The notes under the pieces: model-generated | The model's database searches: none | Told to the model about the DNA's origin: nothing | The model's input: only the letters and a program-made list of their open reading frames with translations | Program-made: the position numbers and the translations under genes | In this document: in pieces, positions 1-10,050 of the stretch | Layout of the letters: every line of letters begins with the position of its first letter | Numbering within the stretch: position 1 is the stretch's first letter | Assembly (NCBI GenBank): GCA_903824785.1 | Contig: CAIJYD010000081.1 | Span: 1,966 to 65,965, forward strand | Direction of reading: 5' to 3' | DNA: 64,000 bases | DNA from: an uncultured Bacteroidota bacterium | GTDB lineage: Bacteria; Bacteroidota; Bacteroidia; Bacteroidales; VadinHA17

Positions 1-268
1 CAAAAGCGGCTGGCAGATCAGGATAATCAAGGGTTATTTTATTGATTCTTATGGTTTTTGCATTACTGTAACCCTTACTGTAATAACCTGTAAATTTTAA
101 TAAAACCGCAAAAATATTAAGCAGGCGGACTAACAAATCCCACCGGCTTTTGCTCTTCTTTCCGTTCTTGTTGCGAAAAAATTCAATATTCTCCAATGCC
201 GACCGGGTAGCTGCCCAGATCAGATGTTTTTCTTTTCTCCTCTCCTGATCATCAATAAAACTGTACAT
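1..268 (-). CDS. Partial CDS (runs off left edge), probable YkuE-like metallophosphoesterase N-terminus
   Basis: Hand translation from ATG at 268: MYSFIDDQERRKEKHLIWAA...LLKFTGYYSKGYSNAKTIRINKITLDYPDLPAAF, open to the window edge. The 'I..ITL.YPDLP.AF' segment typically precedes the D-x-H motif of calcineurin-like phosphoesterases. Not in the ORF track. Confidence 0.6.
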   Translation of the reverse strand, partial: MYSFIDDQERRKEKHLIWAATRSALENIEFFRNKNGKKSKSRWDLLVRLLNIFAVLLKFTGYYSKGYSNAKTIRINKITLDYPDLPAAF

Positions 269-303
269 ACTATACCAGATCTGTAAACCATTGAATTATT
301 GTA

Positions 304-311
304 CAAAAATA
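304..311 (-). promoter_or_regulatory. Bacteroidota sigma-A -7 box (TATTTTTG)
   Basis: Exact TAnnTTTG match on the minus strand about 36 nt upstream of the ATG at 268. Confidence 0.45.
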
Positions 312-503
312 TAGTTTAATATGCAATGCTATGATATTAATTCTCTTTTTTGAAACCTTAAATAAAGATTCCATCCCGGCGGAGGTACTTATAAATGGCT
401 GACCGACTTAATTTAACCGTTTTGATAATTTTCAATTCTTCTGATAAATACCAATACCAATAATCTCACACCACTCAGTAACTTAAAAAGCGATTTAAGG
501 AAT

Positions 504-1484
504 TCAGAAAACCGGATATTCCGGAACAAACGATCTCAGAACATCCTCAGGAATTGGCCCTGAATCTGAACCGGCAACATTCTCCTGAACCTGAAGTGAG
601 GTCTTTGCCCCGGGAATAGCGGTCTGACAGGCAGGATGTGATATACAAAACCTCAGACTAACCTGTGCCATACTCTGATCGTCAAAATGATCAAATAATG
701 GTTTGTACTTTTCAAGTTCCTTAAAATAGCTTTCAAGCTTATCTGCTGAGAGATTCATTCTTCGATGATCATCCTCCCCGAAAACAGTCTGAGAATTAAA
801 TTTCCCGGTTAACAGGCCAAAAAGTAGCGGGATCCTGACAATAACACCAATCCCGTATTTTATTGCCTTCGGAAATAAAATTTTCTCAGCTTCTCTTTCC
901 AGTAAATTGTATCGCACCTGAATGCAATCAAGAGTATCGTAATGTAAATCCAGAAGATGTGCCTGTTCGCTCTCTTTGAATGATTGTATGCTTAACCCTG
1001 CATGTTTAATTTTACCCTCTCTTTTGAGCTTATCCAGAGCTAACCATGGTTCATCTTTCTCAAGCTCATCCAGATCCGGACTATGTAACTGAAGAATATC
1101 CAGTGCCTCCAGATTCAGTCGCTTTAAACTTTGTTCAACAGCGAAGGTGAGATACTCTTTTTTATAGTTTGGCTTGATGGAGCCATATCCTTTATTATCG
1201 GTGGCCGAGGCATTATAGAAATCACTTCCCGCTTTTGTAGCAATAATAACATTCGCCTTGCCCCTCTCTTTAATGACTTTGGAAATCAATTCTTCCGAAT
1301 GTCCAAATCCATAAACATCAGCCGTATCAATAAAAGTAACACCGAGCTCCAGTGCTTCTTTTAATGCTTTTACAGATACATTGTCATCTGTCTTTCCCCA
1401 GTTCATTCCACTGATACCCCAGGCACCAAAACCAATAGTGGATACTACCGGTCCTTTCCTTCCTAATTGCTTATATGTCATCAT
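504..1484 (-). CDS. Aldo/keto reductase (IolS/Tas-like)
   Basis: IGFGAW, FIDTADVYG.GHSE, ATK, SLKRL..LDILQLHSP, QVRYNLL, IPGAK motifs. Confidence 0.92.
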   Translation of the reverse strand: MMTYKQLGRKGPVVSTIGFGAWGISGMNWGKTDDNVSVKALKEALELGVTFIDTADVYGFGHSEELISKVIKERGKANVIIATKAGSDFYNASATDNKGYGSIKPNYKKEYLTFAVEQSLKRLNLEALDILQLHSPDLDELEKDEPWLALDKLKREGKIKHAGLSIQSFKESEQAHLLDLHYDTLDCIQVRYNLLEREAEKILFPKAIKYGIGVIVRIPLLFGLLTGKFNSQTVFGEDDHRRMNLSADKLESYFKELEKYKPLFDHFDDQSMAQVSLRFCISHPACQTAIPGAKTSLQVQENVAGSDSGPIPEDVLRSFVPEYPVF

Positions 1485-1644
1485 AATTCCGTAATATATA
1501 TTTTTAAAACTTCCTGCCGCAGAACCCCGAAAAATCAGAATAGAAATATACCGGCAACCTTCAAAGATAAAGAACCCGGACCGAAACCTGCCAGGTTACC
1601 TGGAATTATCACCAAATTGAGTATTTCAGTTTCCCGTGATACTC

Positions 1645-2448
1645 TTAATCAAATACCTGTCCGTGGGTACCCGGTTTAAGAATATCATCCAGTTCATTAC
1701 GTATTGCTTTTAAAAAACGATCGCCCGGATCAGATTTTTCAGTTCTGTATCCCGGATCAGTTTCATAAAAATATTTATAACCCGGATGCGAAGGTTCCTC
1801 AAGCTGCCTATACTCCTGATGACCAATAAGTATCTCAATATCAGGATATTTATTTTTTAAATATCTGATCAGCGCCACATTTGATTTTACCTGAGCAAGT
1901 GTCAGTTCCCCGTTTTTTTGTGGTTTTCCGCGAAGTCCTGATCCGGTAATATCCTTCATCCCAACATTTTCGAATCCTATGGCACAATGATTGAGCCCAA
2001 TGCAATGCCGTGCAAAATAATTATCAGGCATAGTCTGATATACTGTTCCGTCCTGGTCCACAATAAACTGCACTCCTACGTTTGCTTTTCCAGAGGTACT
2101 GAGATTGGGGCGGTTAGTCAGAGTATCCGGGGTAAATACCTTAAATGTCCCTTCCAGCGTAGGTATTGCTGTAAAATGCAATACGATAACCTTAGGTTTC
2201 ATCTCCAGTCCCGGCCATTCAGAAGAACCGGTCGATTTCTTATAGTAATCACCATAATGAGCTTCTGCATAATCCTTGAGTAGCTGAGTTCGTTCAGGAG
2301 TAAATCCGATTGTAAATGAATGATCGATCTTCGCAGGATCAAGAGGGAGAGTTTTTTGTCTGGCACATGATGTCCCTATCAGACACATTCCAATAAAAAT
2401 AAGCATTACACTTATAATCGATATATTTCTTTTCTCCGGATTATTCAT
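1645..2448 (-). CDS. N-acetylmuramoyl-L-alanine amidase (Amidase_2), probable lipoprotein
   Basis: Lipobox GTSC; IVLHFT, FIVDQDG, ARHCIGLN, IGFEN, LIGHQE, KSDPG zinc-amidase motifs. Confidence 0.85.
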   Translation of the reverse strand: MNNPEKRNISIISVMLIFIGMCLIGTSCARQKTLPLDPAKIDHSFTIGFTPERTQLLKDYAEAHYGDYYKKSTGSSEWPGLEMKPKVIVLHFTAIPTLEGTFKVFTPDTLTNRPNLSTSGKANVGVQFIVDQDGTVYQTMPDNYFARHCIGLNHCAIGFENVGMKDITGSGLRGKPQKNGELTLAQVKSNVALIRYLKNKYPDIEILIGHQEYRQLEEPSHPGYKYFYETDPGYRTEKSDPGDRFLKAIRNELDDILKPGTHGQVFD

Positions 2449-2498
2449 TGTCTTATCTCCTTACCAAACAGTATATTATTAAAACAGAATTCATAACA

Positions 2499-3629
2499 TT
2501 AAACCTTAATGAAAATACTCTTCCTGTACATGAAATAAAGTAATAACCATTCACCTCCGATAACTCCTAAAAAACTGAACACATCTCCAAAATTCCCGGC
2601 AGGTTTAATGATCCAGCCAAGAAAAAAACCGGTAATGGTTCCCACCGGGACAATCCTTGATAAAAGGTAAATGAAAATAGAATTCATACCAATAACCCTG
2701 AAAAAGAATGACCATTTCTGAACGCGCCAGACATCAATAACCAGATAAAAGAGAGCGAACAATATGAAACTTATCCCTCCTGCAAGGAAGTTATATGTTG
2801 TTGTCCAGCAAACTTTTATAATCGGATAAAAAGGTGAAAGTAAAACTCCTGTCATAATTAATACTAATCCGATACCTGCAAGTATTCCTGTTTTGCGATA
2901 CTCTGTAAGTGAAGCATCCTGAAGTATTCTTCCGGCTATTGTTCCCATAAGAGTAATACCAACTGCGGAAACAATGCTTAATAATCCCAGAGCATCGTAT
3001 AATCCATTACCATAAGCCAGTCTGCCAGGTAAAAACATGCGATCAAGGTATCCGTTCATGCAACCCCCCGGGGTAAATACTCCGGCACCAATTCCGGGTA
3101 CCGGGACAAAAAGCTGAAGAATTGAGACACCCAGAAGGATACCTGCCAGCCAGTAGAGACTCGCTTTAAATGTTTTGGAATAGATTATTATTGCTGATGT
3201 GATAAAATAGGCAATTCCAATCTGCCCGAGTACACTGGCATAACGGGCATTTTCAAAACCATCGTGAAATACACCGTTGTACAGAATGCCCAGCAAAACC
3301 AGAATACCCATCCGTTTCATGGCTTTTAGCAGCAGGCTTTTTTTTGAGGTATCTCCTGATAATTTAGCCCTAACTGATAACGGGATGGCTATCCCGGCAA
3401 TGAACATGAATAATGGAAAAATCAGATCAAAAAAATGAAACCCTTCCCATGGAACATGACTCATTTGCAAGGAAAGAGAGTTAAGCCAGCCTGCACCGGT
3501 CAATTTTGCCAGTGAGGTAATCAACCCCCCTCCTCCTATTATCCATAACATATCGAACCCGCGAAGTGCATCGAGAGATAATAACCTGCCTTTCCCGGAG
3601 ACAGGGACTGTTTTTTCTGAATTATTCAT
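2499..3629 (-). CDS. HGSNAT/NagX-like (DUF5009) membrane acyltransferase-family protein
   Basis: RLLSLDALRGFDM, H.PWEG..FFDLIFPLFMF, multiple TM helices, PIIK.WT. Confidence 0.85.
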   Translation of the reverse strand: MNNSEKTVPVSGKGRLLSLDALRGFDMLWIIGGGGLITSLAKLTGAGWLNSLSLQMSHVPWEGFHFFDLIFPLFMFIAGIAIPLSVRAKLSGDTSKKSLLLKAMKRMGILVLLGILYNGVFHDGFENARYASVLGQIGIAYFITSAIIIYSKTFKASLYWLAGILLGVSILQLFVPVPGIGAGVFTPGGCMNGYLDRMFLPGRLAYGNGLYDALGLLSIVSAVGITLMGTIAGRILQDASLTEYRKTGILAGIGLVLIMTGVLLSPFYPIIKVCWTTTYNFLAGGISFILFALFYLVIDVWRVQKWSFFFRVIGMNSIFIYLLSRIVPVGTITGFFLGWIIKPAGNFGDVFSFLGVIGGEWLLLYFMYRKSIFIKV

Positions 3630-3696
3630 ACTAATTAATGTTTATATATATCTGATAATCAATATGTTAATAAATTACATATCTGTCTGAATATCA

Positions 3697-4461
3697 TTAC
3701 TTTATCTCAGGAGCGGTCTGCTCTGGTGAAGTAACACCTGACGGTAACTCCTCAATCACGATATTGCGAAAATGAATCTCCCCTCCCTCCGACTCAAGGC
3801 ATATGTATCCCTTCTTCTGAGTTGCCTTTGCAACGCCATTTACAAATTTGCCATTTACGGAGAGTTTAACCACGCCATCTACACAAACAACATCATAGGT
3901 ATTCCATTCTCCCTTTCCCTTGCAGCGGTTTTCAACAGATTTACTCCGGGTACCTCTTGGATTGTCGGGAAGGGTTACAACTCCGCCAACACCAAAAAGC
4001 TCACCATGAACATAGGCTATAGGAGGTGTTACTCCATCTCTTTTATTAAGATTAACCCAGTCGAGTTCAAGCATCTGTACTTCCACTCCATCAGGAAGCC
4101 TGGCATTTTCAGGCGGTCTGGCATTACTCCAGACAAATACTCCCGAATTTCCACCAGCTTCAATATGTTTCCATTCGATATGAAGAATAAAGTTCTCATA
4201 TTGCAATTCCGATCTCATTACCCCGATCGGTTGTCCCGAGCAGATAAGAATCTCCTTTTTGATGTGCCATGTCTCAGGGGAAGTATTAACATTTACCCAT
4301 AAAAGCGGTTTATCCTTTTCTCTGGTTTTTGAAATAGCCTTTTCGAGGCTTACCGCTTTACCAAACATTATTTCAGGATCCTGTCCGGAAGCATACTTTT
4401 CGCCACCGGCAAATAAAATAATACATAATGTTGTGACAGCTGTTTTATTAAATGTTCTCAT
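3697..4461 (-). CDS. DUF1080 (3-keto-glycoside hydrolase-like) secreted protein
   Basis: [43 protein letters not shown]; signal peptide. Confidence 0.88.
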   Translation of the reverse strand: MRTFNKTAVTTLCIILFAGGEKYASGQDPEIMFGKAVSLEKAISKTREKDKPLLWVNVNTSPETWHIKKEILICSGQPIGVMRSELQYENFILHIEWKHIEAGGNSGVFVWSNARPPENARLPDGVEVQMLELDWVNLNKRDGVTPPIAYVHGELFGVGGVVTLPDNPRGTRSKSVENRCKGKGEWNTYDVVCVDGVVKLSVNGKFVNGVAKATQKKGYICLESEGGEIHFRNIVIEELPSGVTSPEQTAPEIK

Positions 4462-4777
4462 AGGTTCTATTATTAATTATTGGCGTAAGAATCTGATTAT
4501 GCTATTTTTATTCAAGTCTTGAAACGGGTATTTATCTTTTTGAAACTGTTCTTTTCAGAAGGATGAAACGCAATAAAGCAAAAACCCTAATTTATCACTT
4601 ATTATGGATAATCACACTCAGGCCTGTTTAAATTATCAGGACTCCACGAATCAAGAAAAGCAGGATGGATTTTTCAACCGGGAAAATTTATTTCAATTAT
4701 CAGATCTATATCGAAATTAAAAATGACTAGAATCAGCGATTAATTGCTATTTTTATTCCACACTAATTTATACCTCC

Positions 4778-6352
4778 ATGGCAACAGAATCAAACCAGGT
4801 ACTAAAAGGGACAAAGCTCATTGCACTTACATTACTCAGGGTTGCCATCGGCTGGCATTTTTTATTTGAAGGACTCTCCAAACTCTTCACGCCCGCCTGG
4901 AGTTCTGCTGACTATCTTCTCCTTTCAAACTGGATTTTTGCCGGCTTCTTTCACTGGATTGCCAACAGTACGGGTTTACTTATCATTGCTGATTTCATTG
5001 TAACATGGGGATTGATCCTGATAGGGCTTTCTCTGTTTGCAGGATTATTCGACCGGATAGCCGCCATTGCAGGGATGATATTGCTGACTATGTTCTGGAT
5101 GGCTAACCCTCCGTTGACAGGGCTGGATTTTGGGATCCCGCATGAAGGGAATTACCTGCTTGTTGATAAAAATATGGTTGAATTTTTTGGTCTGCTTATC
5201 CTGTCACTTATCCCTACCGGGAAATATCTCGGGTTGGCCCATTTCTGCAGAAAAAACCGAAAACCTGATGATTCCCGGAGTGTAGCACACGATACAAACC
5301 AAAGTTCAAAACATGATCTACCTGTTGAAAATAAATCGCTTGACCGCAGAACGCTGATAAGAGGTCTTTCAACCCTTCCATTTCTTGGAATTTTCGGCTA
5401 TGCGCTTTTCAAGCAGAAGCAATGGGAAAGTTACGAAGAAAAAAACCTTGTTGATGCAGCTACCGGGGCAAGTGCCAAGACCATGAATATGGCAAGCCTG
5501 AAAGAGCTCAAGGGGCCGGTACCACATGCAAAAATAAAAGAGATCCCATTCAGCAGGCTGATACTTGGCGGAAACCTGCTCTCGGGCTGGGCTCATTCGC
5601 GCGATCTGATCTATGTTTCCCAGCTGGTTAAAGCGTATCACCAGAAGGAGAAGATCTTCGCCACGCTGCTGCTTGCTGAAAAATGCGGCATCAACACTCT
5701 GCTTACCAATCCGATTCTATGTTCTCTCATTGATGAATACTGGAAACGGGGCATCGGCAGGATCCAGTTTATTTCCGATTGTTCAGGATTGAATTACAAC
5801 GACAAAGGGGCTTATCCCATGGCATTCAATGATTATCTCGACAAGGTGAAAAAAGCAATAGATACAGGTGCGGTAGCCTGTTATATCCAGGGCGAAACTG
5901 CCGACTATTATATGGGCAACGGGAAGCCGGATGTCATCGCAAAAGTGCTTGACTTTATAAAACAGAACGGACTGCTTACAGGCATAGGGGCTCATAAGAT
6001 TGAGACTATAAAAGCTTGCGTCGACAGTGGGTTTACTCCCGATTTCTGGATGAAGACCCTTCACCATCATAATTACTGGTCGGCAAAGAACCCGGAATGG
6101 CACGATAATATATTCGATTATAATACTGAGGAGACAATAGCCTACATGAAAACGCTGCCGCAGCCTTTTATAGCTTTTAAGGTTATGGCCGCGGGGGCAA
6201 TACTTCCAAAGGATGGATTCCGTTTTGCCTTTGAAAACGGAGCCGATTTTGTCTGTGCCGGAATGTACGACTTTCAGATGGTTGAAGATGTGAATATTGC
6301 CTGTGATATTTTAAAAGGCGATATCCAACGCGAACGCCCGTGGCGATCATAA
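4778..6352 (+). CDS. DoxX-family membrane domain fused to an AKR-like TIM-barrel domain
   Basis: N-terminal LLRVAIGWHFLFEGLSK ... VDKNMVE (DoxX); internal RRTLIRGLSTLPFLG segment; C-terminal SRLILGGN ... IAFKVMAAG..PKDGF.FAFENGADF. Confidence 0.75.
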   Translation: MATESNQVLKGTKLIALTLLRVAIGWHFLFEGLSKLFTPAWSSADYLLLSNWIFAGFFHWIANSTGLLIIADFIVTWGLILIGLSLFAGLFDRIAAIAGMILLTMFWMANPPLTGLDFGIPHEGNYLLVDKNMVEFFGLLILSLIPTGKYLGLAHFCRKNRKPDDSRSVAHDTNQSSKHDLPVENKSLDRRTLIRGLSTLPFLGIFGYALFKQKQWESYEEKNLVDAATGASAKTMNMASLKELKGPVPHAKIKEIPFSRLILGGNLLSGWAHSRDLIYVSQLVKAYHQKEKIFATLLLAEKCGINTLLTNPILCSLIDEYWKRGIGRIQFISDCSGLNYNDKGAYPMAFNDYLDKVKKAIDTGAVACYIQGETADYYMGNGKPDVIAKVLDFIKQNGLLTGIGAHKIETIKACVDSGFTPDFWMKTLHHHNYWSAKNPEWHDNIFDYNTEETIAYMKTLPQPFIAFKVMAAGAILPKDGFRFAFENGADFVCAGMYDFQMVEDVNIACDILKGDIQRERPWRS

Positions 6353-6396
6353 TATTAAGTATCTAAAGACAATTGTTATCCATGTTCTGAGGTGAC

Positions 6397-6463
6397 AGGC
6401 TAAAGGCTAAAGGATACAGTCAGCACTTCTGAGCCCTGAGCACTCCGTACTGCGCCCTGGCAT
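6397..6463. repeat. Degenerate 7-nt periodic repeats between convergent genes
   Basis: AGGCTAA AGGCTAA AGGATAC, then CTGAGCC CTGAGCA CTCCGTA CTGCGCC CTGGCAT. Confidence 0.45.
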
Positions 6464-6468
6464 TCTGA

Positions 6469-7287
6469 TCACTTTACAACTGACGTAAAGGATGTCCCGG
6501 AGCAGGCTCTGAAGTAGCCCAGAACAGACGAACCAAAATTAGAAACCGGATTATATGGTGTTGAGGAGCCACCCATACCGGCATCCAATATATCATTAAG
6601 CTGATTGTAATATGCATAAGTGTTTCTGTCAATAGAATACACCTTTACTGTAACCCTGTCGCCTGCCTCGAAATTCATCCATCTTGGAGAAAAAGTAATT
6701 GTATCTCCGCTGGCAAAGAAACTATCCCTTATCAAAGTGTAACCGTTGTCGCCGGGCTTGCCGTTATTATAAAATTCTATATTGTAAAAATTCTCAGCCA
6801 TGGGATCGTCACTGAATTTCATGTCAATGGTATATGATTTCATCGATCCGCCGGGATGCTGAAATACCGATTCCTTATAACTTACTGAATATAACCGCGG
6901 CGCCGGAAACAGCTTTGAACTTGCCGCATAACTGAAATTCTCTCCGGCAATCTGCATAATGTAACTCCTGAAAGGCTTTCCTTTTATAGATACTCCTCTG
7001 TAAAGACCATTGCCCTTATAATCAAGTATTTCCGATTCGCCTTTTTCATCCGTCAGGGTAACTGTTGCATTTTCGATATACCCCGGTTCTCCTGTATTGA
7101 AATAGTCTGTTGTGCCGGTAAGCCTGATCCAGCCAACTGAATCCTGTTCAATTATTCCATCTGCAACCAATTCCGGACCGGCACTATGCAGATCAATTTT
7201 TATTACTTCTTCGCATGAGACAAAAACTGATAACCCTGCAAAAAACAGATATTTTATCCACGGAATATTTTTCCCAAACAAGCTCAT
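6469..7287 (-). CDS. DUF4249 family lipoprotein (ORF open to 7344; ATG 7287 gives a normal signal peptide)
   Basis: Lipobox FVSCEEVIKIDL, NATVTL, F.DDP..ENFY, NPVSN...LGYF; directly downstream of the TonB receptor. Confidence 0.85.
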   Translation of the reverse strand: MSLFGKNIPWIKYLFFAGLSVFVSCEEVIKIDLHSAGPELVADGIIEQDSVGWIRLTGTTDYFNTGEPGYIENATVTLTDEKGESEILDYKGNGLYRGVSIKGKPFRSYIMQIAGENFSYAASSKLFPAPRLYSVSYKESVFQHPGGSMKSYTIDMKFSDDPMAENFYNIEFYNNGKPGDNGYTLIRDSFFASGDTITFSPRWMNFEAGDRVTVKVYSIDRNTYAYYNQLNDILDAGMGGSSTPYNPVSNFGSSVLGYFRACSGTSFTSVVK

Positions 7288-7347
7288 ATTATAAATACCA
7301 TTAATGCGGTGCTGCTTTTGTTTATAGTTTCCTAAACTCTCCATTCA

Positions 7348-9672
7348 TTAAAATCTGAAGTTCCATGTTACTGCAGGTACAATACCAAACAGACTTAATC
7401 TTACCGCCTCCGTTGTACCCGTTACCGTTTCGCTCTCCCTGAATGTTATTGTGTAAGCATTGTGCCGGTTATAAAGGTTATACACCGAAAGATCCCATGC
7501 CGATTCAAATCGTTTTTTCTCTTTCCCTTTTATGTGAACGTTAAGGTCCAGACGGTGGTAGGCAGGCATACGGTAACCGTTTCTTTCAGTATAATAAGGC
7601 CATAACTTCTCCCCAAATTCATATTTCCCGCTTGGGAAAGTTACAGCATTCCCTGTATAAAAAACCCAGGATGCAGAAAGCGACAATCTTTTCCGGGGCT
7701 GATAATTTATCACAACAGAAAAATTATGTGATTTGTCGTACTTTGATGGATACCAGCCGGAATTATTAATTCCTTCAATTTTATTCTCGGTACGAGCCAG
7801 TGTATAGCTTACCCAGCCATTAAGCCTGCCAGATCTCTTCTTGAGGTAAAGCTCTGTCCCATAGCTTCTTCCTTTTCCTGAAAGAATATAAGCCTCTATG
7901 TTTTCATTAAGTATTACATTGGTACCATCTTCGTAATCTGTAACGTTTTGAAGGTATTTGTAATAACTCTCAACCGAAAGCTCATAACTGTCGCCGCTGA
8001 AATTTCTGAAATAGCCTAACGCAAACTGGGAAGCTATCGTTGGCTTGATGTAGGTTGTACTGGGAATCCATGTATCTGTCGGCTGTCCGGAAGTACTGTT
8101 CGATAAAAGATGCAGATACTGCGCCATGCGGTTAAAGGATGCCTTTACGGAGGAGGATTCCGAAAACTGATAGTTAACAGAGATGCGTGGCTCAAATCTG
8201 AGATATGTCTGCATCACCTTTCCGGCAGTAAAATAGCTCGAATCGGTTTTCAGGTTGCTCTGATTATAGATATTGCTCCATCCTGCCCCAAGCTGATTAA
8301 ACATCGAAAGGCGAAGTCCGTACTCGGCCGATATTTTTTTGTTCAGTTTATGATTATCAGAAAGGTAAATTGCACTCTCTGCAGCCTGCTTCTGATCAAG
8401 AACAATTTCAGAGATCTTGCTGGTTCCTACCCTAAGCTTACCCGGATTGAAAGTATGGAAAGTGGTACTTAATCCAAACCGGAGTGTACTGCCGGGACTT
8501 TTGTACAATGTAAAATCCTGTTTAAAGCCGGCATCTTCTATTCCTGAAGTCAAATCAGCGTCGCTGCCGATATTGAACCCATAATCGTAGTTACTGTAGA
8601 TTAATGTGGAGTTGGAAAAAAGCCTGCTGCTGAACAGGTGATTCCATCGTAACGTTCCGGTTGAGTTTCCCCACTGCATGCCAATATCGCTGAATCCGAA
8701 ATCATCCTTTCCGAAATAGCCGGAAAGGTAAACGCGGTTATTATCATTAATGGTGTAATTCATCTTTGCATTCAGATCGTAGAAATAGAGTGTAATGTCA
8801 TTGTCCAGCAATCCGGTTCCTTTTCCTACAAGGTCAGCGTAACTGCGGCGACCTGAAACGATGAAGGCCATTTTATCTTTTATAACAGGACCCTCTAATG
8901 TTAAACGTGATGAGATCAGGCCAATACCTCCCGAAACTGAATATGCCTGGTTGTTGCCGTCCTTCATTGATATATCGAGAACAGATGATGCTCTTCCTCC
9001 ATATTGCGCAGGAATTCCACCTTTAAATACCGAAATGTTTTTTAAAGCATCGGAGTTGAATACCGAAAAGAAACCCAGCAGATGAGAGGCGCTGTAAACC
9101 GGAGCTTCGTCGAGCAGTATAAGATTCTGATCGACCGATCCTCCCCTTACACTAAACCCACTGCTTCCTTCAGAAACAGAACTGATGCCGGGTAACAGCT
9201 GAATAGTTTTCAGGACATCCTTTTCCCCAAACAGAACCGGAACAGTTTCAATCTGTTTCATGTCAAGCTTTTCAATACTCATCCCTACAGAAGTTATATT
9301 TCTGTTGCTGCGTTCCGTTGAAACAATAACCTCCTCCAGAAGGGTCTGTGCGGGATCGAGCTTAATATTAAGGGTAAGGTCTTTATCAAGTGAGATTTCC
9401 CGTGTTCCGCCGGCATAGCCAATATAGCTTATTGACAGTTTATGGTTTCCACGGGGCAATGTAAGTGAGTAAAATCCATAGCTGTTTGATGAGACACCGG
9501 TTGTTGTTCCTTCCTTGTAAACAGAGGCTCCAGCCAGGTCTTCGCCGGTAAGCGCATCCGATATCTTGCCGCTTACAGTGAATTTATCCTGACCATTAGC
9601 CTGAAAAAAGAATAAGAATAACAGAGCCATTACCATGGAATTCCTGCAAAAATAGTGTTCCGTCATAAACAT
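7348..9672 (-). CDS. TonB-dependent receptor (CarboxypepD_reg + plug + barrel; DUF4249-associated type, not SusC)
   Basis: DALTGEDLAGA, SNSYGFYSLTL, GEKDVLKTIQLLPG, VRGG..DQNLILLD, terminal NFRF. Confidence 0.92.
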   Translation of the reverse strand: MFMTEHYFCRNSMVMALLFLFFFQANGQDKFTVSGKISDALTGEDLAGASVYKEGTTTGVSSNSYGFYSLTLPRGNHKLSISYIGYAGGTREISLDKDLTLNIKLDPAQTLLEEVIVSTERSNRNITSVGMSIEKLDMKQIETVPVLFGEKDVLKTIQLLPGISSVSEGSSGFSVRGGSVDQNLILLDEAPVYSASHLLGFFSVFNSDALKNISVFKGGIPAQYGGRASSVLDISMKDGNNQAYSVSGGIGLISSRLTLEGPVIKDKMAFIVSGRRSYADLVGKGTGLLDNDITLYFYDLNAKMNYTINDNNRVYLSGYFGKDDFGFSDIGMQWGNSTGTLRWNHLFSSRLFSNSTLIYSNYDYGFNIGSDADLTSGIEDAGFKQDFTLYKSPGSTLRFGLSTTFHTFNPGKLRVGTSKISEIVLDQKQAAESAIYLSDNHKLNKKISAEYGLRLSMFNQLGAGWSNIYNQSNLKTDSSYFTAGKVMQTYLRFEPRISVNYQFSESSSVKASFNRMAQYLHLLSNSTSGQPTDTWIPSTTYIKPTIASQFALGYFRNFSGDSYELSVESYYKYLQNVTDYEDGTNVILNENIEAYILSGKGRSYGTELYLKKRSGRLNGWVSYTLARTENKIEGINNSGWYPSKYDKSHNFSVVINYQPRKRLSLSASWVFYTGNAVTFPSGKYEFGEKLWPYYTERNGYRMPAYHRLDLNVHIKGKEKKRFESAWDLSVYNLYNRHNAYTITFRESETVTGTTEAVRLSLFGIVPAVTWNFRF

Positions 9673-9748
9673 ATTTTGCCGGTGTTTAAGTATTGACCCG
9701 CAGTAACGATTCTCATCTTCATAAATCCATCTTGGTTGCTTACCGGCA

Positions 9749-9756
9749 CAAAAGTA
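9749..9756 (-). promoter_or_regulatory. Bacteroidota -7 box (TACTTTTG) for the TBDR operon
   Basis: Exact TAnnTTTG match about 77 nt upstream of the TBDR start. Confidence 0.5.
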
Positions 9757-10050
9757 TCAATTCTTTGCTATTCTTCTTTTTGAAACAGTTAAATTGTGAC
9801 TTCCCGGCAGAACCTGGTTAACAGGGAAGTCTGTGATAGAATCTGTTTCACTAACTAATTTCAGAACATGAAATTTATATATACCTGAATTTCTGTATGT
9901 TTGAAATCATAAAAATTATTCAGCTTCTCTTTTAACAGTCGATTGGATTCAAATCCTGTAATCCATTTTAATTGATAAACTTCAGGAGATGATTCTTTGC
10001 CTTTCGGAAATAAACTTCTAAATTTGAAAATACTATATAATGAAGAAGAA

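Noticed and set aside
7348-9672. SusC of a canonical PUL
   Set aside because: Only 774 aa, lacks SusC-type motifs, and is followed by DUF4249 rather than SusD
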